The notes under the pieces were generated by a model. That model saw only the letters and a list, made by a program, of their open reading frames with translations, was not told where the DNA came from and did not search any database. Below, in pieces: positions 39,073 to 49,947 of a stretch of DNA of 59,154 bases; positions within the stretch are counted from its first letter, which is position 1, and each line of letters opens with the position of its first letter. Made by a program: the position numbers and the translations under genes. The stretch is from a bacterium (lineage in GTDB: Bacteria > Patescibacteriota > Patescibacteriia > 2-01-FULL-39-33), in assembly GCA_037130015.1 (NCBI GenBank), contig JBAXTU010000004.1, positions 1 to 59,154 on the forward strand, in the 5' to 3' direction.

Positions 39073-40446
39073 TTGCTGGTTAACAAACTATTTAACCCAA
39101 AATATATTGCCAACCGCATAAAGGGCTTAGGTGTCAGATTGCTGACCTTGTCTCTAAAAATAATTGAACTGTTGTTTAAGACCATGAGCTGGCTTTTTAA
39201 AAAGATAAAAGGCCCTTTTTTATTTTGTTTCAAATTTATTTTAAGCTTGATAATTCTGCCACTGATGGGACAATATTTGAAAATAAAAAACTTCATCAAA
39301 AAACGAACATCAAACCTTCGCGAAAAAATTATTTTCATTTTGACCAACCAATACATTATCCATATAATAATAATTGTTGTTGCTTCTCTGGTGGCTTTCA
39401 ATAATTTATTTGCCAAAACAAAAGTTGAAGATTATGGTCAAACAACCCTGATCTATAAAGTCATAGGTGTGGAGAATAACGAAACATTAGAAGATACGGC
39501 CGCTAGCTCACCTCAAAATCAAATCTATAGCTATTTGGGAGAGAGCGCAAATTTAAGCTCCAAAGATTTAACAGAGACATCACCCACCGACACTGATTAT
39601 GGCTTGCCAAACACAACCGTCAATAATGGCGGAGCGCTCATTAAGCCGGAAATGCCAAACACCGAAGTGGCCAAGGCCGGTGGCAAAACCATACAAGAAT
39701 ACACTGTTTTAGACGGTGATGCTATTGGACTGATCGCCAACAAATTCGGCATCACAGTCAACACCATCTTGTGGGCCAATAATTTATCATTCCAATCAAT
39801 CATTAAGCCAGGACAAAAATTATTAATTCCGCCAACAAGTGGTATTTTACATAAGATCCAACGAGGCGATACTCTTAATAAAATCGCCAAACTTTATGAT
39901 GCTGATATCAGCAAAATTACAGACTTCAATAATCTAACTGATGATTCCACTCTTACGGCTGGCGAACAACTCATGGTGCCGGGCGGACGCATTGTCTATA
40001 CACCAAGACCACGCGCCTATACTGCACCAACAACAGCTACCGGCTCAAACAAAAATACAACTATCACTGACAGCTCTAGTGGTAGTAAAATGATTTGGCC
40101 CAGCAGTTGCCATTATATCTCCCAATACTTCAAGGGCTGGTTGCACACTGGCGTGGATATTGCTTGTGATTGGGGCACGCCTGTTCATGCAGCCGGAGGA
40201 GGCACAGTAATTTCAGTCGTTTATGGCCGAACTGGTTATGGCTATCATGTTATTGTTGATAATGGTAATGGACGACAAACACTGTATGGCCATTTGAGCA
40301 GTATTTATGTAAAGCAAGGACAAGAAATAGATCGCGGGGAAACCATTGGTTTAGAAGGTTCAACCGGCCGATCAACCGGACCGCACCTTCACTTTGAGGT
40401 ACGCGTTGGCGGTTCAAGAGTTAACCCTCTTAACTATATTAGATAA
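39073..40446 (+). CDS. LysM-containing M23 family peptidase
   Basis: TM anchor, two LysM repeats, HTGVD, YGHL, STGPHLHFEVR; start uncertain. Confidence 0.92.
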   Translation: MLVNKLFNPKYIANRIKGLGVRLLTLSLKIIELLFKTMSWLFKKIKGPFLFCFKFILSLIILPLMGQYLKIKNFIKKRTSNLREKIIFILTNQYIIHIIIIVVASLVAFNNLFAKTKVEDYGQTTLIYKVIGVENNETLEDTAASSPQNQIYSYLGESANLSSKDLTETSPTDTDYGLPNTTVNNGGALIKPEMPNTEVAKAGGKTIQEYTVLDGDAIGLIANKFGITVNTILWANNLSFQSIIKPGQKLLIPPTSGILHKIQRGDTLNKIAKLYDADISKITDFNNLTDDSTLTAGEQLMVPGGRIVYTPRPRAYTAPTTATGSNKNTTITDSSSGSKMIWPSSCHYISQYFKGWLHTGVDIACDWGTPVHAAGGGTVISVVYGRTGYGYHVIVDNGNGRQTLYGHLSSIYVKQGQEIDRGETIGLEGSTGRSTGPHLHFEVRVGGSRVNPLNYIR

Positions 40447-40501
40447 TAAATTAAAAAAATATCTCCCAACTAATTGGGAGATATTTTTAGTTAAGAATTT
40501 T

Positions 40502-40651
40502 TTAGACTTCTTCGTCTTCTTCTTCAGATTCTTCTTCGTCTTCTTCGGGTTCATCTTCTTCATCTGTATCGTCTGCATCTTCATCAGTTGGGGTCATACC
40601 CATATCATCGTCTTCCTCTTCTGGATCCAAGAGGGTGTCCTCTTTTAACAT
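40502..40651 (-). CDS. Very acidic 49-aa protein
   Basis: ATG 40651; 31 of 49 residues are Asp/Glu, with GAA/GAT/GAC codon periodicity. Confidence 0.65.
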   Translation of the reverse strand: MLKEDTLLDPEEEDDDMGMTPTDEDADDTDEEDEPEEDEEESEEEDEEV

Positions 40652-40768
40652 AATTTTTGTTTTATTTTTTAGACATACGCCAAATTTTTTAGCGTAGATA
40701 AATTTAATTATACGGAGGTTAATACTATTTGGCAAGAATGGCTTATCAACACTTTTTCCACTTATCAT

Positions 40769-42292
40769 TTAATCGGCTCTTGGCCTATATTGCAGGGCCT
40801 CGGCCAAATGTTGGGGCATTATTTTTTCACATTCTTCCAAGTCAGCAATTGTACGCGCTAATTTTAAAATTCGGTGATAAACACGGGCTGATAAACGCAA
40901 TCTATCCACGGCTTGACGCAAAAGATCTCGGCCAGCCTCATCCAAAATGCAATATTCCCCAATCTGTTCCGGCCCCATTTCCGAATTGCTAAAAATATTT
41001 TTATTTTGGAACCTGCTATTTTGAATATCACGAGCCTTTTGCACACGCCGACGAATAGTCGCCGAGTCTTCGCCAACCTCAACTGTTTCCAATTTTTCCA
41101 CCTTAAGACGTGGCACCTCAATATGCAAATCAATTCTATCTATAAGCGGTCCTGAAGCGCGTTTTTGATATTTGATAATTTGCGATTGTAAACAAGTGCA
41201 TTCTTTGTCCGGGTCGCTATAAAAACCGCAAGGGCAAGGATTCATGGCTGCGACCAAAACAAACTTGGCCGGAAATTTGAGCGTACCGCTGGCGCGTGAC
41301 ACAGTGATAAGTCCATCTTCAAGCGGTTGACGAAGATTATCCAAAACAGTTTTGGGAAATTCTAAAAATTCATCAAGAAATAAAACCCCACGATGAGCCA
41401 AAGAAATTTCACCTGGTTTGGGCCAAGCGCCACCACCAACAAGCGCCACGCCAGAAGCCGTATGATGCGGACTGCGAAACGGCCGTGTGGAAAAAAGAGG
41501 ACGATCACCAGACAATAATCCGGCTGCGCTATAAATGCGTGTCACTTCCAAACTTTCTTCCAAAGACATTTGTGGCAAAATAGATGGCATGGCTTTAGCC
41601 AGCATGGTTTTGCCACTGCCGGGCGGGCCGGACATCAGAATATTATGACTACCGGCGGCCGCAATTTCCAAGGCACGCTTGGCTTGCTCTTGGCCTTTGA
41701 CAAAAGACATATCATACTGACAATCACCAAAATTTTCATCTCCTAGTATTTTTCTAATGTGTGGTTCTATTAAATTTATTCCTGACAAATGTCCCACCAC
41801 TTGCGATAAATTCTCCACAGCCAAAACATTAAACCCATCCACGAGCGAGGCTTCTTTGGCATTAGAGCTGGGCACGAATAAATTTTTAATTTTTTTATCG
41901 CGACACATGATGGCAATGGAAAGCACACCAGAAACCGGACGAAGAGTGCCATCAAGCGCCAACTCACCCACGAGTACACTGTCTTGCCAAATACTAGAAA
42001 TATCAATTTGTCCAGCCTGAGCCAAACAAGCCACGGCAATTGGCAGATCATAATAGGTGCCGAATTTTTTCAAATCCGCCGGAGCCAAATTGACTGTCAC
42101 ATTACCACGAGGAAACATTAATTCAGAATTTTTAACTGCACTTCGCACGCGACTGCGACTTTCGTCCACGGCTTTATCAGGCAGACCCACAACAAAAATC
42201 CCCGGCTGTCCATGCGGAGAATTGTCGGCTTCCACTTCTACTAATTCACAATCAAGACCAATGACTGCGGCTGAAAGGACTTTAACGGACAT
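40769..42292 (-). CDS. comM: YifB/ComM Mg-chelatase-like AAA+ ATPase
   Basis: VNLAPADLKK, GPPGSGKT, PFRSPHH, GEISLAHRGVLFLDE, AMNPCPCG, EALQYR. Confidence 0.93.
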   Translation of the reverse strand: MSVKVLSAAVIGLDCELVEVEADNSPHGQPGIFVVGLPDKAVDESRSRVRSAVKNSELMFPRGNVTVNLAPADLKKFGTYYDLPIAVACLAQAGQIDISSIWQDSVLVGELALDGTLRPVSGVLSIAIMCRDKKIKNLFVPSSNAKEASLVDGFNVLAVENLSQVVGHLSGINLIEPHIRKILGDENFGDCQYDMSFVKGQEQAKRALEIAAAGSHNILMSGPPGSGKTMLAKAMPSILPQMSLEESLEVTRIYSAAGLLSGDRPLFSTRPFRSPHHTASGVALVGGGAWPKPGEISLAHRGVLFLDEFLEFPKTVLDNLRQPLEDGLITVSRASGTLKFPAKFVLVAAMNPCPCGFYSDPDKECTCLQSQIIKYQKRASGPLIDRIDLHIEVPRLKVEKLETVEVGEDSATIRRRVQKARDIQNSRFQNKNIFSNSEMGPEQIGEYCILDEAGRDLLRQAVDRLRLSARVYHRILKLARTIADLEECEKIMPQHLAEALQYRPRAD

Positions 42293-42355
42293 AAATTATT
42301 TGAATAATCTTAATTAATAAATTTTAACATTTCGATATGGCAAAAAACAATCATA

Positions 42356-42460
42356 TTGCCTTTTTTAAAAAAATATGCTATTATTTATTTGTGATATTTG
42401 TGAGGGCTTTGGTTCTCCCGCGGTTAAATACATAAAACCGCAGACAAATATCATACAAAA
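42356..42460 (+). ncRNA. Candidate small structured RNA with its own promoter
   Basis: TTGCCT-N17-TATTAT promoter (42356-42384) followed by a three-way junction (42392-42453); no + strand ORF downstream. Confidence 0.4.
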
Positions 42461-42469
42461 AAAGTATTC

Positions 42470-42958
42470 CTAATCCCTTTCAAGGTCTCCCTCGTGGAAG
42501 ACTTTTTTTGTTTCTTCAATTATGGGATCTCTTTTGGTTTTCCAAAAAGGAATAATACTCCAAAAAAACGGTTCTCCGCCTTCTATTTCCTTAACAATTA
42601 TCTTAATTTTTATCTTATAATTCCATAAAACCACAAAACCGTAATATTTAACGCTTTTAGCTAAAAAATTCCATTTAGCGTTACTTTTTATCCTCTCCAA
42701 ACTTTTTGACCCATTAAATTCTTGAATAGTATTAGTATGTGCTAAAATTTTTGGAGCCAAACTTAAAAACTTTAATCTTAAAAATTGATCAGTAATAGGA
42801 CGAGCCTTATTCCATTCTTTAAATTTTATATGATCTAATCCCTTAGTATTGAAATTTATTTTTCTTTTCAAGAACGGACTAAAAACATTACCTATTATTT
42901 TATACTCGACTTCGGCTTTTTCTTTGACTTCATTAAATTTTTTTTGCCTGTCGTCCAT
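42470..42958 (-). CDS. Hypothetical protein, possibly PBECR/RelE-like nuclease fold
   Basis: INFNTKGLDHI...FLRLKFL...IKIIVKE...FFWSIIP pattern; basic, AT-rich. Confidence 0.5.
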   Translation of the reverse strand: MDDRQKKFNEVKEKAEVEYKIIGNVFSPFLKRKINFNTKGLDHIKFKEWNKARPITDQFLRLKFLSLAPKILAHTNTIQEFNGSKSLERIKSNAKWNFLAKSVKYYGFVVLWNYKIKIKIIVKEIEGGEPFFWSIIPFWKTKRDPIIEETKKVFHEGDLERD

Positions 42959-42960
42959 GT

Positions 42961-43554
42961 CTACGTCTTAAAAATCTTCACCCCATAACTCACCAAACTA
43001 ATAACCCCGAAAATCGCGCTGGCCACCAACAAAACAATTGATGAATACAACACTGGAATAATCGGAAAAATCAAAGACAAAATAGCGAACATTATTCCCA
43101 AAACCTGTAAAGACATTTTTATTTTACCCCAACGATCAGAGGGCAAAAAAGATTTTGATGGCAAAAATACAGACACCAGCACACCACCGAACAAATTAAG
43201 CACATCCACACCAATAACCAAAAATAGTGTAATTACATAATGATAATAAAAAAGCAAAAAAGTGGAAACCAACAGTACTAATAGCTTGTCAGAGATAGGG
43301 TCAAGAATCAAACCGAGATTGGAAAATTGATTTCTGACTCTAGCCAGTGAACCATCAATAGTATCGCAAATAGAAGCCAAAATAAAAACAACCAAAGCCC
43401 ACAAAAAACTATGCAAAACAATCAAAACTAAAATTACCGGAATAAGAACGATGCGGAAAATCGTGAAATAATTGGGGGTGATAAAACTCGGCAAAACCCT
43501 GAATAAGGTAGCGCCCCACAAGCGATCAATAAATTTTTGAACCGGTGCTGACAT
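42961..43554 (-). CDS. CDP-alcohol phosphatidyltransferase (PgsA-like)
   Basis: TPNYFTIFRI, DTIDGSLAR...GLILDPISDK; start reassigned to ATG 43554. Confidence 0.92.
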   Translation of the reverse strand: MSAPVQKFIDRLWGATLFRVLPSFITPNYFTIFRIVLIPVILVLIVLHSFLWALVVFILASICDTIDGSLARVRNQFSNLGLILDPISDKLLVLLVSTFLLFYYHYVITLFLVIGVDVLNLFGGVLVSVFLPSKSFLPSDRWGKIKMSLQVLGIMFAILSLIFPIIPVLYSSIVLLVASAIFGVISLVSYGVKIFKT

Positions 43555-43648
43555 CTGGACAAAAAGGCAATTAAATGTTATGCTTGCTAAAAGATGTGAA
43601 CTTTTGTTATAATTATATCTTAATTTATAAAAAACAACCAATATTTAT

Positions 43649-45463
43649 ATGAAAATTTTCCTAAATAAAAATGTGATCATTGGCATTGCCTCTTTCATTA
43701 TTATAGCTATCATTCTAAGCTTTTTAAGCATGCCAGAGGACAAAATCCAAAATATAGACACAACTGCTTTAATTAGTGAAATTCAAAACGAACAAATAAA
43801 ATCAATTGATGTTAAGGACACTTCCTTAGATATTACATTAAAAGATAACACCAAACAAACCGCCCAAAAAGAATCAGGCGAAAGCTTAAGCTCACTACTC
43901 AAAAATTATAATGTTGATCCGCAAAAAACAGCTAAAATAGCAGTACGAGTGCAAAATGACACTGGCTGGAGCTTTTGGCTGATTAATATCTTGCCATTTA
44001 TTATTCCTTTCGTATTTTTAATCGCTTTTTTCTGGTTTATGATGCGTCAGGCTCAGGGCGCCAATAATCGTGCCATGAGTTTCGGCCAAAGCGGAGCGCG
44101 AGAGTTCAACCCAAATAAAGGCCAAAAAATAACTTTTAAAGATGTGGCTGGCGTTAAAGAAGCCAAACAAGAACTGCTGGAAGTGGTGGACTTTTTAAAA
44201 AATTCCAAAAAATTCTTGTCACTGGGCGCCACTATTCCTAAAGGCGTATTACTGCTCGGCGCTCCTGGCACTGGAAAAACATTGCTGGCCAAAGCTGTAG
44301 CCGGCGAAGCCAATGTACCTTTCTTCAGTATTTCCGGTTCTGAATTTGTGGAAATGTTTGTGGGCGTTGGCGCTTCTCGCGTGCGTGACTTATTTCAAAA
44401 AGCCAAAAAGAATGCTCCGTGCATTATCTTTATTGATGAAATAGATGCAGTCGGCCGACAACGTGGCGCCGGACTCGGAGGTTCTCATGATGAACGCGAA
44501 CAAACCCTTAATCAAATCCTGGTAGAAATGGACGGTTTTGATCCTAATGCTAATGTAATCGTGATGGCCGCTACGAACCGCCCTGATGTTTTGGACTCAG
44601 CTTTGCTTCGCCCAGGACGTTTTGACCGCCGTGTAATTCTTGACTTACCTGACATTCACGATCGCCAATCAATTTTGGAAGTGCATTCACGCAAAAAACC
44701 ATTGGCCACAGATGTTGATTTTCGTAAAATTTCCGAACATACTCCTGGCTTTTCTGGTGCTGATTTGTCAAATCTTTTAAATGAAGCGGCAATTTTAGCA
44801 GCCTTAGAAAATAAAAAAGAAGTCACTGACGAACATATAATGAAAAGCGTTGATAAAATAATTCTAGGACCGGAAAGAAAAAGCCACATCCTGAGCCCGA
44901 AAGAAAAAAATATCACAGCCTACCACGAAGCCGGACACGCTCTGGTGGCACACGAACTGCCCAACACTGACAAGGTGCGCAAAGTTTCCATTATTGCCAG
45001 GGGTACAGCCGCCGGCTTTACCTTAAAATTACCATCAGAAGATAAAAAACTTCACACCAGAACAGAATTTATTGAAGAACTGTCTGTCTTGCTAGCTGGG
45101 CGTCTAGCCGAAGAAGAAATCTTCCACGAATCAACCACCGGTGCCCAAAGCGATTTGCGCGTAGCCACCAAACTAACCAAACAGCTTATTACTGAATATG
45201 GTATGAGCGACAAACTTGGCATGCGAACCTATGGAGAAAAAGAAGAAATGATTTTCTTGGGTCGCACACTTCATGAACAAAGAGACTACTCAGAAAAAAG
45301 CGCCGAGGCCATTGACGCGGAAGTTAACAGCCTTTTATCAGAAGCAGCTGTTGTCGCCAAAAAAATAATTGTTGACAAAAAAGAATTCTTAGAAAAAATC
45401 GTAAAGGAACTTATGGAAAAAGAAACTCTTGACACTGAACAATTCAACGCTATCTTTGCCTAA
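43649..45463 (+). CDS. ftsH: ATP-dependent zinc metalloprotease FtsH
   Basis: Two TMs, [29 protein letters not shown]. Confidence 0.98.
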   Translation: MKIFLNKNVIIGIASFIIIAIILSFLSMPEDKIQNIDTTALISEIQNEQIKSIDVKDTSLDITLKDNTKQTAQKESGESLSSLLKNYNVDPQKTAKIAVRVQNDTGWSFWLINILPFIIPFVFLIAFFWFMMRQAQGANNRAMSFGQSGAREFNPNKGQKITFKDVAGVKEAKQELLEVVDFLKNSKKFLSLGATIPKGVLLLGAPGTGKTLLAKAVAGEANVPFFSISGSEFVEMFVGVGASRVRDLFQKAKKNAPCIIFIDEIDAVGRQRGAGLGGSHDEREQTLNQILVEMDGFDPNANVIVMAATNRPDVLDSALLRPGRFDRRVILDLPDIHDRQSILEVHSRKKPLATDVDFRKISEHTPGFSGADLSNLLNEAAILAALENKKEVTDEHIMKSVDKIILGPERKSHILSPKEKNITAYHEAGHALVAHELPNTDKVRKVSIIARGTAAGFTLKLPSEDKKLHTRTEFIEELSVLLAGRLAEEEIFHESTTGAQSDLRVATKLTKQLITEYGMSDKLGMRTYGEKEEMIFLGRTLHEQRDYSEKSAEAIDAEVNSLLSEAAVVAKKIIVDKKEFLEKIVKELMEKETLDTEQFNAIFA

Positions 45464-45560
45464 ACATATTTTTCTAAAAAACATCCAAATAAAATTGGAT
45501 GTTTTTTTATTTTATTTTTTTGTGTTATAATATAGCCATCAATAAATAATTTTAAATCAT

Positions 45561-46562
45561 ATGGAGGAAATAGCCCTTTATCGTCCCATCTTTAAAAAGA
45601 CTTGGCAAATTATTAAAAAACATAAACCTTTGTGGTTTTTTGGTATCTTTGCTGCTATTCTTGGCACAGGCGGTGAATTTGAAATTTTATCTAATGGCTT
45701 TCAAAGCAATTCTAGCCAAATAAGCTTGCGAGATGCTTTTGATTTGGGCTGGGGATTAAATAGTAATGGCGCTTCATTTTGGCAACAAGTATGGTCAATT
45801 CTAGTCAGCAATCCTAAAACATTTTTTATTTTCTGCTTTTGCGCAGTTTTAATTTTAGCTTTCTGTCTCTTTCTAGTCTGGTTATCAGTTATTTCTCAAA
45901 TAGGCCTTATCAATAATATCAGTTTAATAAACAAAAATAAAAAACCAACTCTTAACGACGGTATTAGAGCGGGTATGAAAAGTTTTTGGCCAATATTACT
46001 GATTAACATCATTCTTAAATCAATTATTTACATTATCTTTCTAATTTTGGGTTGGATAACTATTTTATTTATCTCTGGCAACACTTTTGGCACCTATGCT
46101 TATTTTCCAGCTTTTGTTATTTTTGCCGTTTTAATCTTTACTATTTCTTTTTTAACCAGATACCAAATTTTTTATGTCCTGACCAAAAAAGAAAGCATGA
46201 TTGAAGCCTTGGGTTCAGCCTGGAAATTATTCACAAAAAACTGGCTGATTTCTATGGAAACAGCTTTCATAAATTTCTTGCTTTATCTACTAACAGCTCT
46301 TATCACTTTGGTTTCTGTTTCTTTATTAATGTTTGTAATCTTTTTTACCGCCTATTACCAACTGCAAATTATTTTATCCAGCATTGCGCTTATTATTGTC
46401 ACTATTCTAGTTTTAGCTCTAGCTCTAATACTCAATGCCGTTCTCAATGTCACCCAATGGTCGCTTTGGATTTTGCTTTTTTACAGGCTTGACGGCCATG
46501 GCGCTACCAGTAAAATTATCAGATTTACCAACGACTATCTTGTTTATCCTCTCAAAAAATAA
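45561..46562 (+). CDS. Hypothetical polytopic membrane protein
   Basis: 333 aa, about six TM helices, LWFFGIFAAILG. Confidence 0.75.
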   Translation: MEEIALYRPIFKKTWQIIKKHKPLWFFGIFAAILGTGGEFEILSNGFQSNSSQISLRDAFDLGWGLNSNGASFWQQVWSILVSNPKTFFIFCFCAVLILAFCLFLVWLSVISQIGLINNISLINKNKKPTLNDGIRAGMKSFWPILLINIILKSIIYIIFLILGWITILFISGNTFGTYAYFPAFVIFAVLIFTISFLTRYQIFYVLTKKESMIEALGSAWKLFTKNWLISMETAFINFLLYLLTALITLVSVSLLMFVIFFTAYYQLQIILSSIALIIVTILVLALALILNAVLNVTQWSLWILLFYRLDGHGATSKIIRFTNDYLVYPLKK

Positions 46563-46662
46563 CCAGCTCACAAAACATCCGTCACTTGGCGGATGTTTTT
46601 TTAAATTGAAATAAAAATCCAAAAACTGTATAATAATAACAAATCAACTAACCTGAGACATT

Positions 46663-48357
46663 ATGAGTATTGGACCGTCCTTAGAAGATCTTTTGCCAGC
46701 TTCAACCAAAAAAAATGAATCTGGCGGTCAGCTTAAAGAAAAAATAAAACAAATCACTTTGCGTGAAAAAGAAGAAGAAACGGAAAAAAATGCCCTAGCC
46801 TTAGGTTTGCCTTACATTAGTCTAATCGGTATGGGAATCAGCCCAGACACACTCACAACCATCCCCGAAGAAGAATCCCGCGCTCTACAAATAGTCTGCT
46901 TTTTAAATAATGGAACCAGAATCCTAATAGGCGCCATTGATCCCAATGACAAAATAAAAGACTTGGCCAACATGCTAGCCGAAAAACATCATGCCGAAGT
47001 GGTCACTTATCTTATATCTAAACGCAGTCTGGAAGCAGCCCTGCTCATTTATAAAAATCTTCCAAAAATCAGAAAAAATGTAAAAGGCATAGAAATTAAA
47101 TCTGAGGATATTGAAAAATTCAAAAATGAAATCAAAAGCTTTCGCGATTTAAATGAAAAAATTCAAAAAGTCTCACTCACTGAACTGGTCACAATTATCG
47201 TGGCTGGAGCAATTATTTCTCGTGCTTCAGATATTCATATTGAAGCCGAAGAAGCCGACATTAAAATCCGTTATCGTATTGATGGCGTTTTAAACGATGC
47301 GGCCACCATAGCCAAAGACACTTGGTCAAAAGTTATTTCCCGCCTTAAACAATTATCTGGCTTAAAAATAAATATTTCTGACCGGCCACAAGACGGCAGA
47401 TTTTCTATTTTCTTAAAAGACGACCGAGTAGATGTCCGCGTTTCAGCTTTGCCTACTGCTTTTGGCGAAAGTGTGGTTATCCGTTTACTCATGTCTTCAT
47501 CATCCCATTTATCTTTTGAAGAATTAGGTCTCAGGGGCAGGGCTTATGACACATTACAAAAAGAAATATTGCGCCCTAATGGTATGATTATCACTACCGG
47601 TCCAACGGGCTCCGGTAAAACAACTTCTCTTTATGCAGTCTTAACAAAACTTAATACCACAGATACCAAAATCATTACCATTGAAGATCCTATAGAATAC
47701 GAACTTAAGGGCGTCAACCAAAGCCAGGTTAATCCTCACTACACTTTCTCCCAAGGCTTGCGATCTATTGTCCGTCAAGACCCCGATGTTATTATGATCG
47801 GCGAAATCCGTGATTTAGAAACAGCGGAAATCGCCATTCAAGCGGCGCTTACTGGACATTTGGTGTTATCTACGATTCATACCAACGACGCTTTTGGAGC
47901 CGTGCCTAGATTTTTATCGCTCGGGGCTAAGCCCTTTTTGTTGGCACCCGCGCTTAATGTTTCTATTGGCCAGAGACTAGTCAGAAAAATTTGTGTTGAC
48001 TGCAAACAAGAAGCCACGGTCACTGAAGCAGAAATGCTAAAAGCCAAAACCTTGCTAGAAAATTTACCGCCTAATTCTGAATACAAAGACAAAATAGACA
48101 TTAACAACTTAAAATTTTTTAAGGGCGCTGGTTGTGACTCATGCCAAAGTATCGGCTATAAGGGACGTATCGGTATTTATGAAATCATGCCCATTACCGA
48201 CATAATGAAAGACACTGTCACTAAAGGAAATTTGTCAGAATTTGATATCAAAAAAATGGCGCACGAGGAAGGCGTCATTACTATGGTTCAAGATGGCATT
48301 ATCAAAGCATTAGAAGGCATCACTTCGCTAGATGAAATCTTTAGAGTGGCAGAATAA
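46663..48357 (+). CDS. pilB: GspE/PilB-family pilus assembly ATPase
   Basis: ASDIHIE, PQDGR, GPTGSGKTT, TIEDPIE, RQDPD..GEIRD, tetracysteine motif, GRIGIYE. Confidence 0.9.
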   Translation: MSIGPSLEDLLPASTKKNESGGQLKEKIKQITLREKEEETEKNALALGLPYISLIGMGISPDTLTTIPEEESRALQIVCFLNNGTRILIGAIDPNDKIKDLANMLAEKHHAEVVTYLISKRSLEAALLIYKNLPKIRKNVKGIEIKSEDIEKFKNEIKSFRDLNEKIQKVSLTELVTIIVAGAIISRASDIHIEAEEADIKIRYRIDGVLNDAATIAKDTWSKVISRLKQLSGLKINISDRPQDGRFSIFLKDDRVDVRVSALPTAFGESVVIRLLMSSSSHLSFEELGLRGRAYDTLQKEILRPNGMIITTGPTGSGKTTSLYAVLTKLNTTDTKIITIEDPIEYELKGVNQSQVNPHYTFSQGLRSIVRQDPDVIMIGEIRDLETAEIAIQAALTGHLVLSTIHTNDAFGAVPRFLSLGAKPFLLAPALNVSIGQRLVRKICVDCKQEATVTEAEMLKAKTLLENLPPNSEYKDKIDINNLKFFKGAGCDSCQSIGYKGRIGIYEIMPITDIMKDTVTKGNLSEFDIKKMAHEEGVITMVQDGIIKALEGITSLDEIFRVAE

Positions 48358-48774
48358 TTAAGTTATATTTATTTCTCTTTTATTGCCTTCTAAAATTTTA
48401 AATTTAATTAGAATTTTATTTTTTGGCCAAATATCTTTGACCCTATCGGCCCACTCAATGGCTGTGATACAATTTGAGTCATTCAGATATTCATCTGCCC
48501 CAATATATTGCAGTTCCGCTCCACTATCCAAACGATAAGCATCTATGTGTGATAAAATAATTTTATTTTTTCCTTCATAAACTTTCATTAATACAAAAGT
48601 CGGACTGGTAATAATATTTTTCACGCCCAAGCCACTAGCTAGCCCCTTGATAAAAGCAGTCTTGCCGGCACCCAAATCCCCAAGCAAACATAAAACCTCA
48701 CCGCCACTAAGTTTTTTTGCAAACTCATTAGCTATTTTAAAAGTTTGTTTTTCAGAGTTGGAAATAATTTTCAT
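48358..48774 (-). CDS. tsaE: t6A biosynthesis ATPase TsaE
   Basis: GDLGAGKT, TSPTF, HIDAYRL, IEWA; start reassigned to 48774. Confidence 0.96.
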   Translation of the reverse strand: MKIISNSEKQTFKIANEFAKKLSGGEVLCLLGDLGAGKTAFIKGLASGLGVKNIITSPTFVLMKVYEGKNKIILSHIDAYRLDSGAELQYIGADEYLNDSNCITAIEWADRVKDIWPKNKILIKFKILEGNKREINIT

Positions 48775-48797
48775 AATTTCTTTATGAACTTTATAAA

Positions 48798-49844
48798 CTA
48801 AGCTAGCTCCCAATTTGGATCAACTTTTATTTTCTGCCAATTATCCAGTGGTGTCTTTTTGTTTTGAGACAAATAATAAGAGGCAATAGCTATCATGGCC
48901 GCGTTATCAGTACAAAGTTTAAATTCTGGGACAGAAAAAGCAAAGCCATTAGCTTCTGACATTTCACGAAGCTGTTCGCGCAATCTTTTGTTGGCAGCCA
49001 CACCGCCAGCCATTAAAATTGTTTTGGCTTTGAATTGCTTGGCTGCGGTCAGGGTTTTTTTAGTCAGCACTTCAATGGTCGCCTCTTGGAATTCAAAACA
49101 AATTTCCGGTGTTCTTTCAAGCAATTCTTTTTTGGTCATTTTTTGCGTGGCATATAAAACAGCGGTTTTTAATCCAGAAAAACTAAAATTAAAATCACCA
49201 CTGTTTAACATCGGGCGAGGAAGTTTAATCCTCGGCAAACCACCCCCAACCCCCTCCTTGGAAAGGAGGGTGAATTTATCTGCCTCAGCTGAAACTTTTG
49301 GACCACCCGGATAACCCAAATTTAAAAGCTTGGCCACTTTGTCGTATGCTTCGCCGGAAGCATCATCAACAGTCTGACCAATTTTCTTATATGTCTGATA
49401 ATTTTTTAAATGGACAATTTCCGTATGCCCGCCAGACACTACCAAGCAAATTGCTGGAAAAACAATCGGCTGTAAAAAATTCCCAGCAATATGCCCATAC
49501 ATGTGATTAACTTCTAAGAGAGGTTTTTGCCAAGCGAAAGAAAGAGACTTGGCTGTTTCCACGCCCACCATCAGAGAAGTAATGAGTCCGGGTCCAGGCA
49601 CCACTGCTAACAAATCAATTTTAGCTGGTTTTATTTTAGCGGTTTTTAAAGCTTCATCAATCACCGGCAAAATATTATGCACATGTTGTCGCGCAGCCAC
49701 TTCCGGCACCACACCGCCATAAACCGCATGAATATTTATTTGAGAAGAAACAACATTTGATAAAAGCTCCAGTTTTTTAGAACCAGCTTTAAGCACGGAG
49801 GCGGAAGTTTCATCACAAGATGTTTCAATGGCTAAAATTATCAT
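48798..49844 (-). CDS. tsaD: tRNA N6-threonylcarbamoyltransferase TsaD
   Basis: ILAIETSCDET, GGVVPEVAAR, HMYGH, VSGGHT, FSFSGLKT, TDNAAMI; start reassigned to 49844. Confidence 0.97.
   Translation of the reverse strand: MIILAIETSCDETSASVLKAGSKKLELLSNVVSSQINIHAVYGGVVPEVAARQHVHNILPVIDEALKTAKIKPAKIDLLAVVPGPGLITSLMVGVETAKSLSFAWQKPLLEVNHMYGHIAGNFLQPIVFPAICLVVSGGHTEIVHLKNYQTYKKIGQTVDDASGEAYDKVAKLLNLGYPGGPKVSAEADKFTLLSKEGVGGGLPRIKLPRPMLNSGDFNFSFSGLKTAVLYATQKMTKKELLERTPEICFEFQEATIEVLTKKTLTAAKQFKAKTILMAGGVAANKRLREQLREMSEANGFAFSVPEFKLCTDNAAMIAIASYYLSQNKKTPLDNWQKIKVDPNWELA
49233..49270. repeat. Palindromic repeat inserted in frame in tsaD
   Basis: CGGCAAACCACCCCCAACCCCCTCCTTGGAAAGGAGGG, near-identical to the reverse complement of 58682-58718. 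Confidence 0.85.
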
Positions 49845-49947
49845 ATTACCTAAAATCATAACATCAAAAAACAAAAAAAACAACCCTTGACACCATACTT
49901 CCAAAAAACAACCTAATGTTATATAATAACCAAACATTAAACTATTT

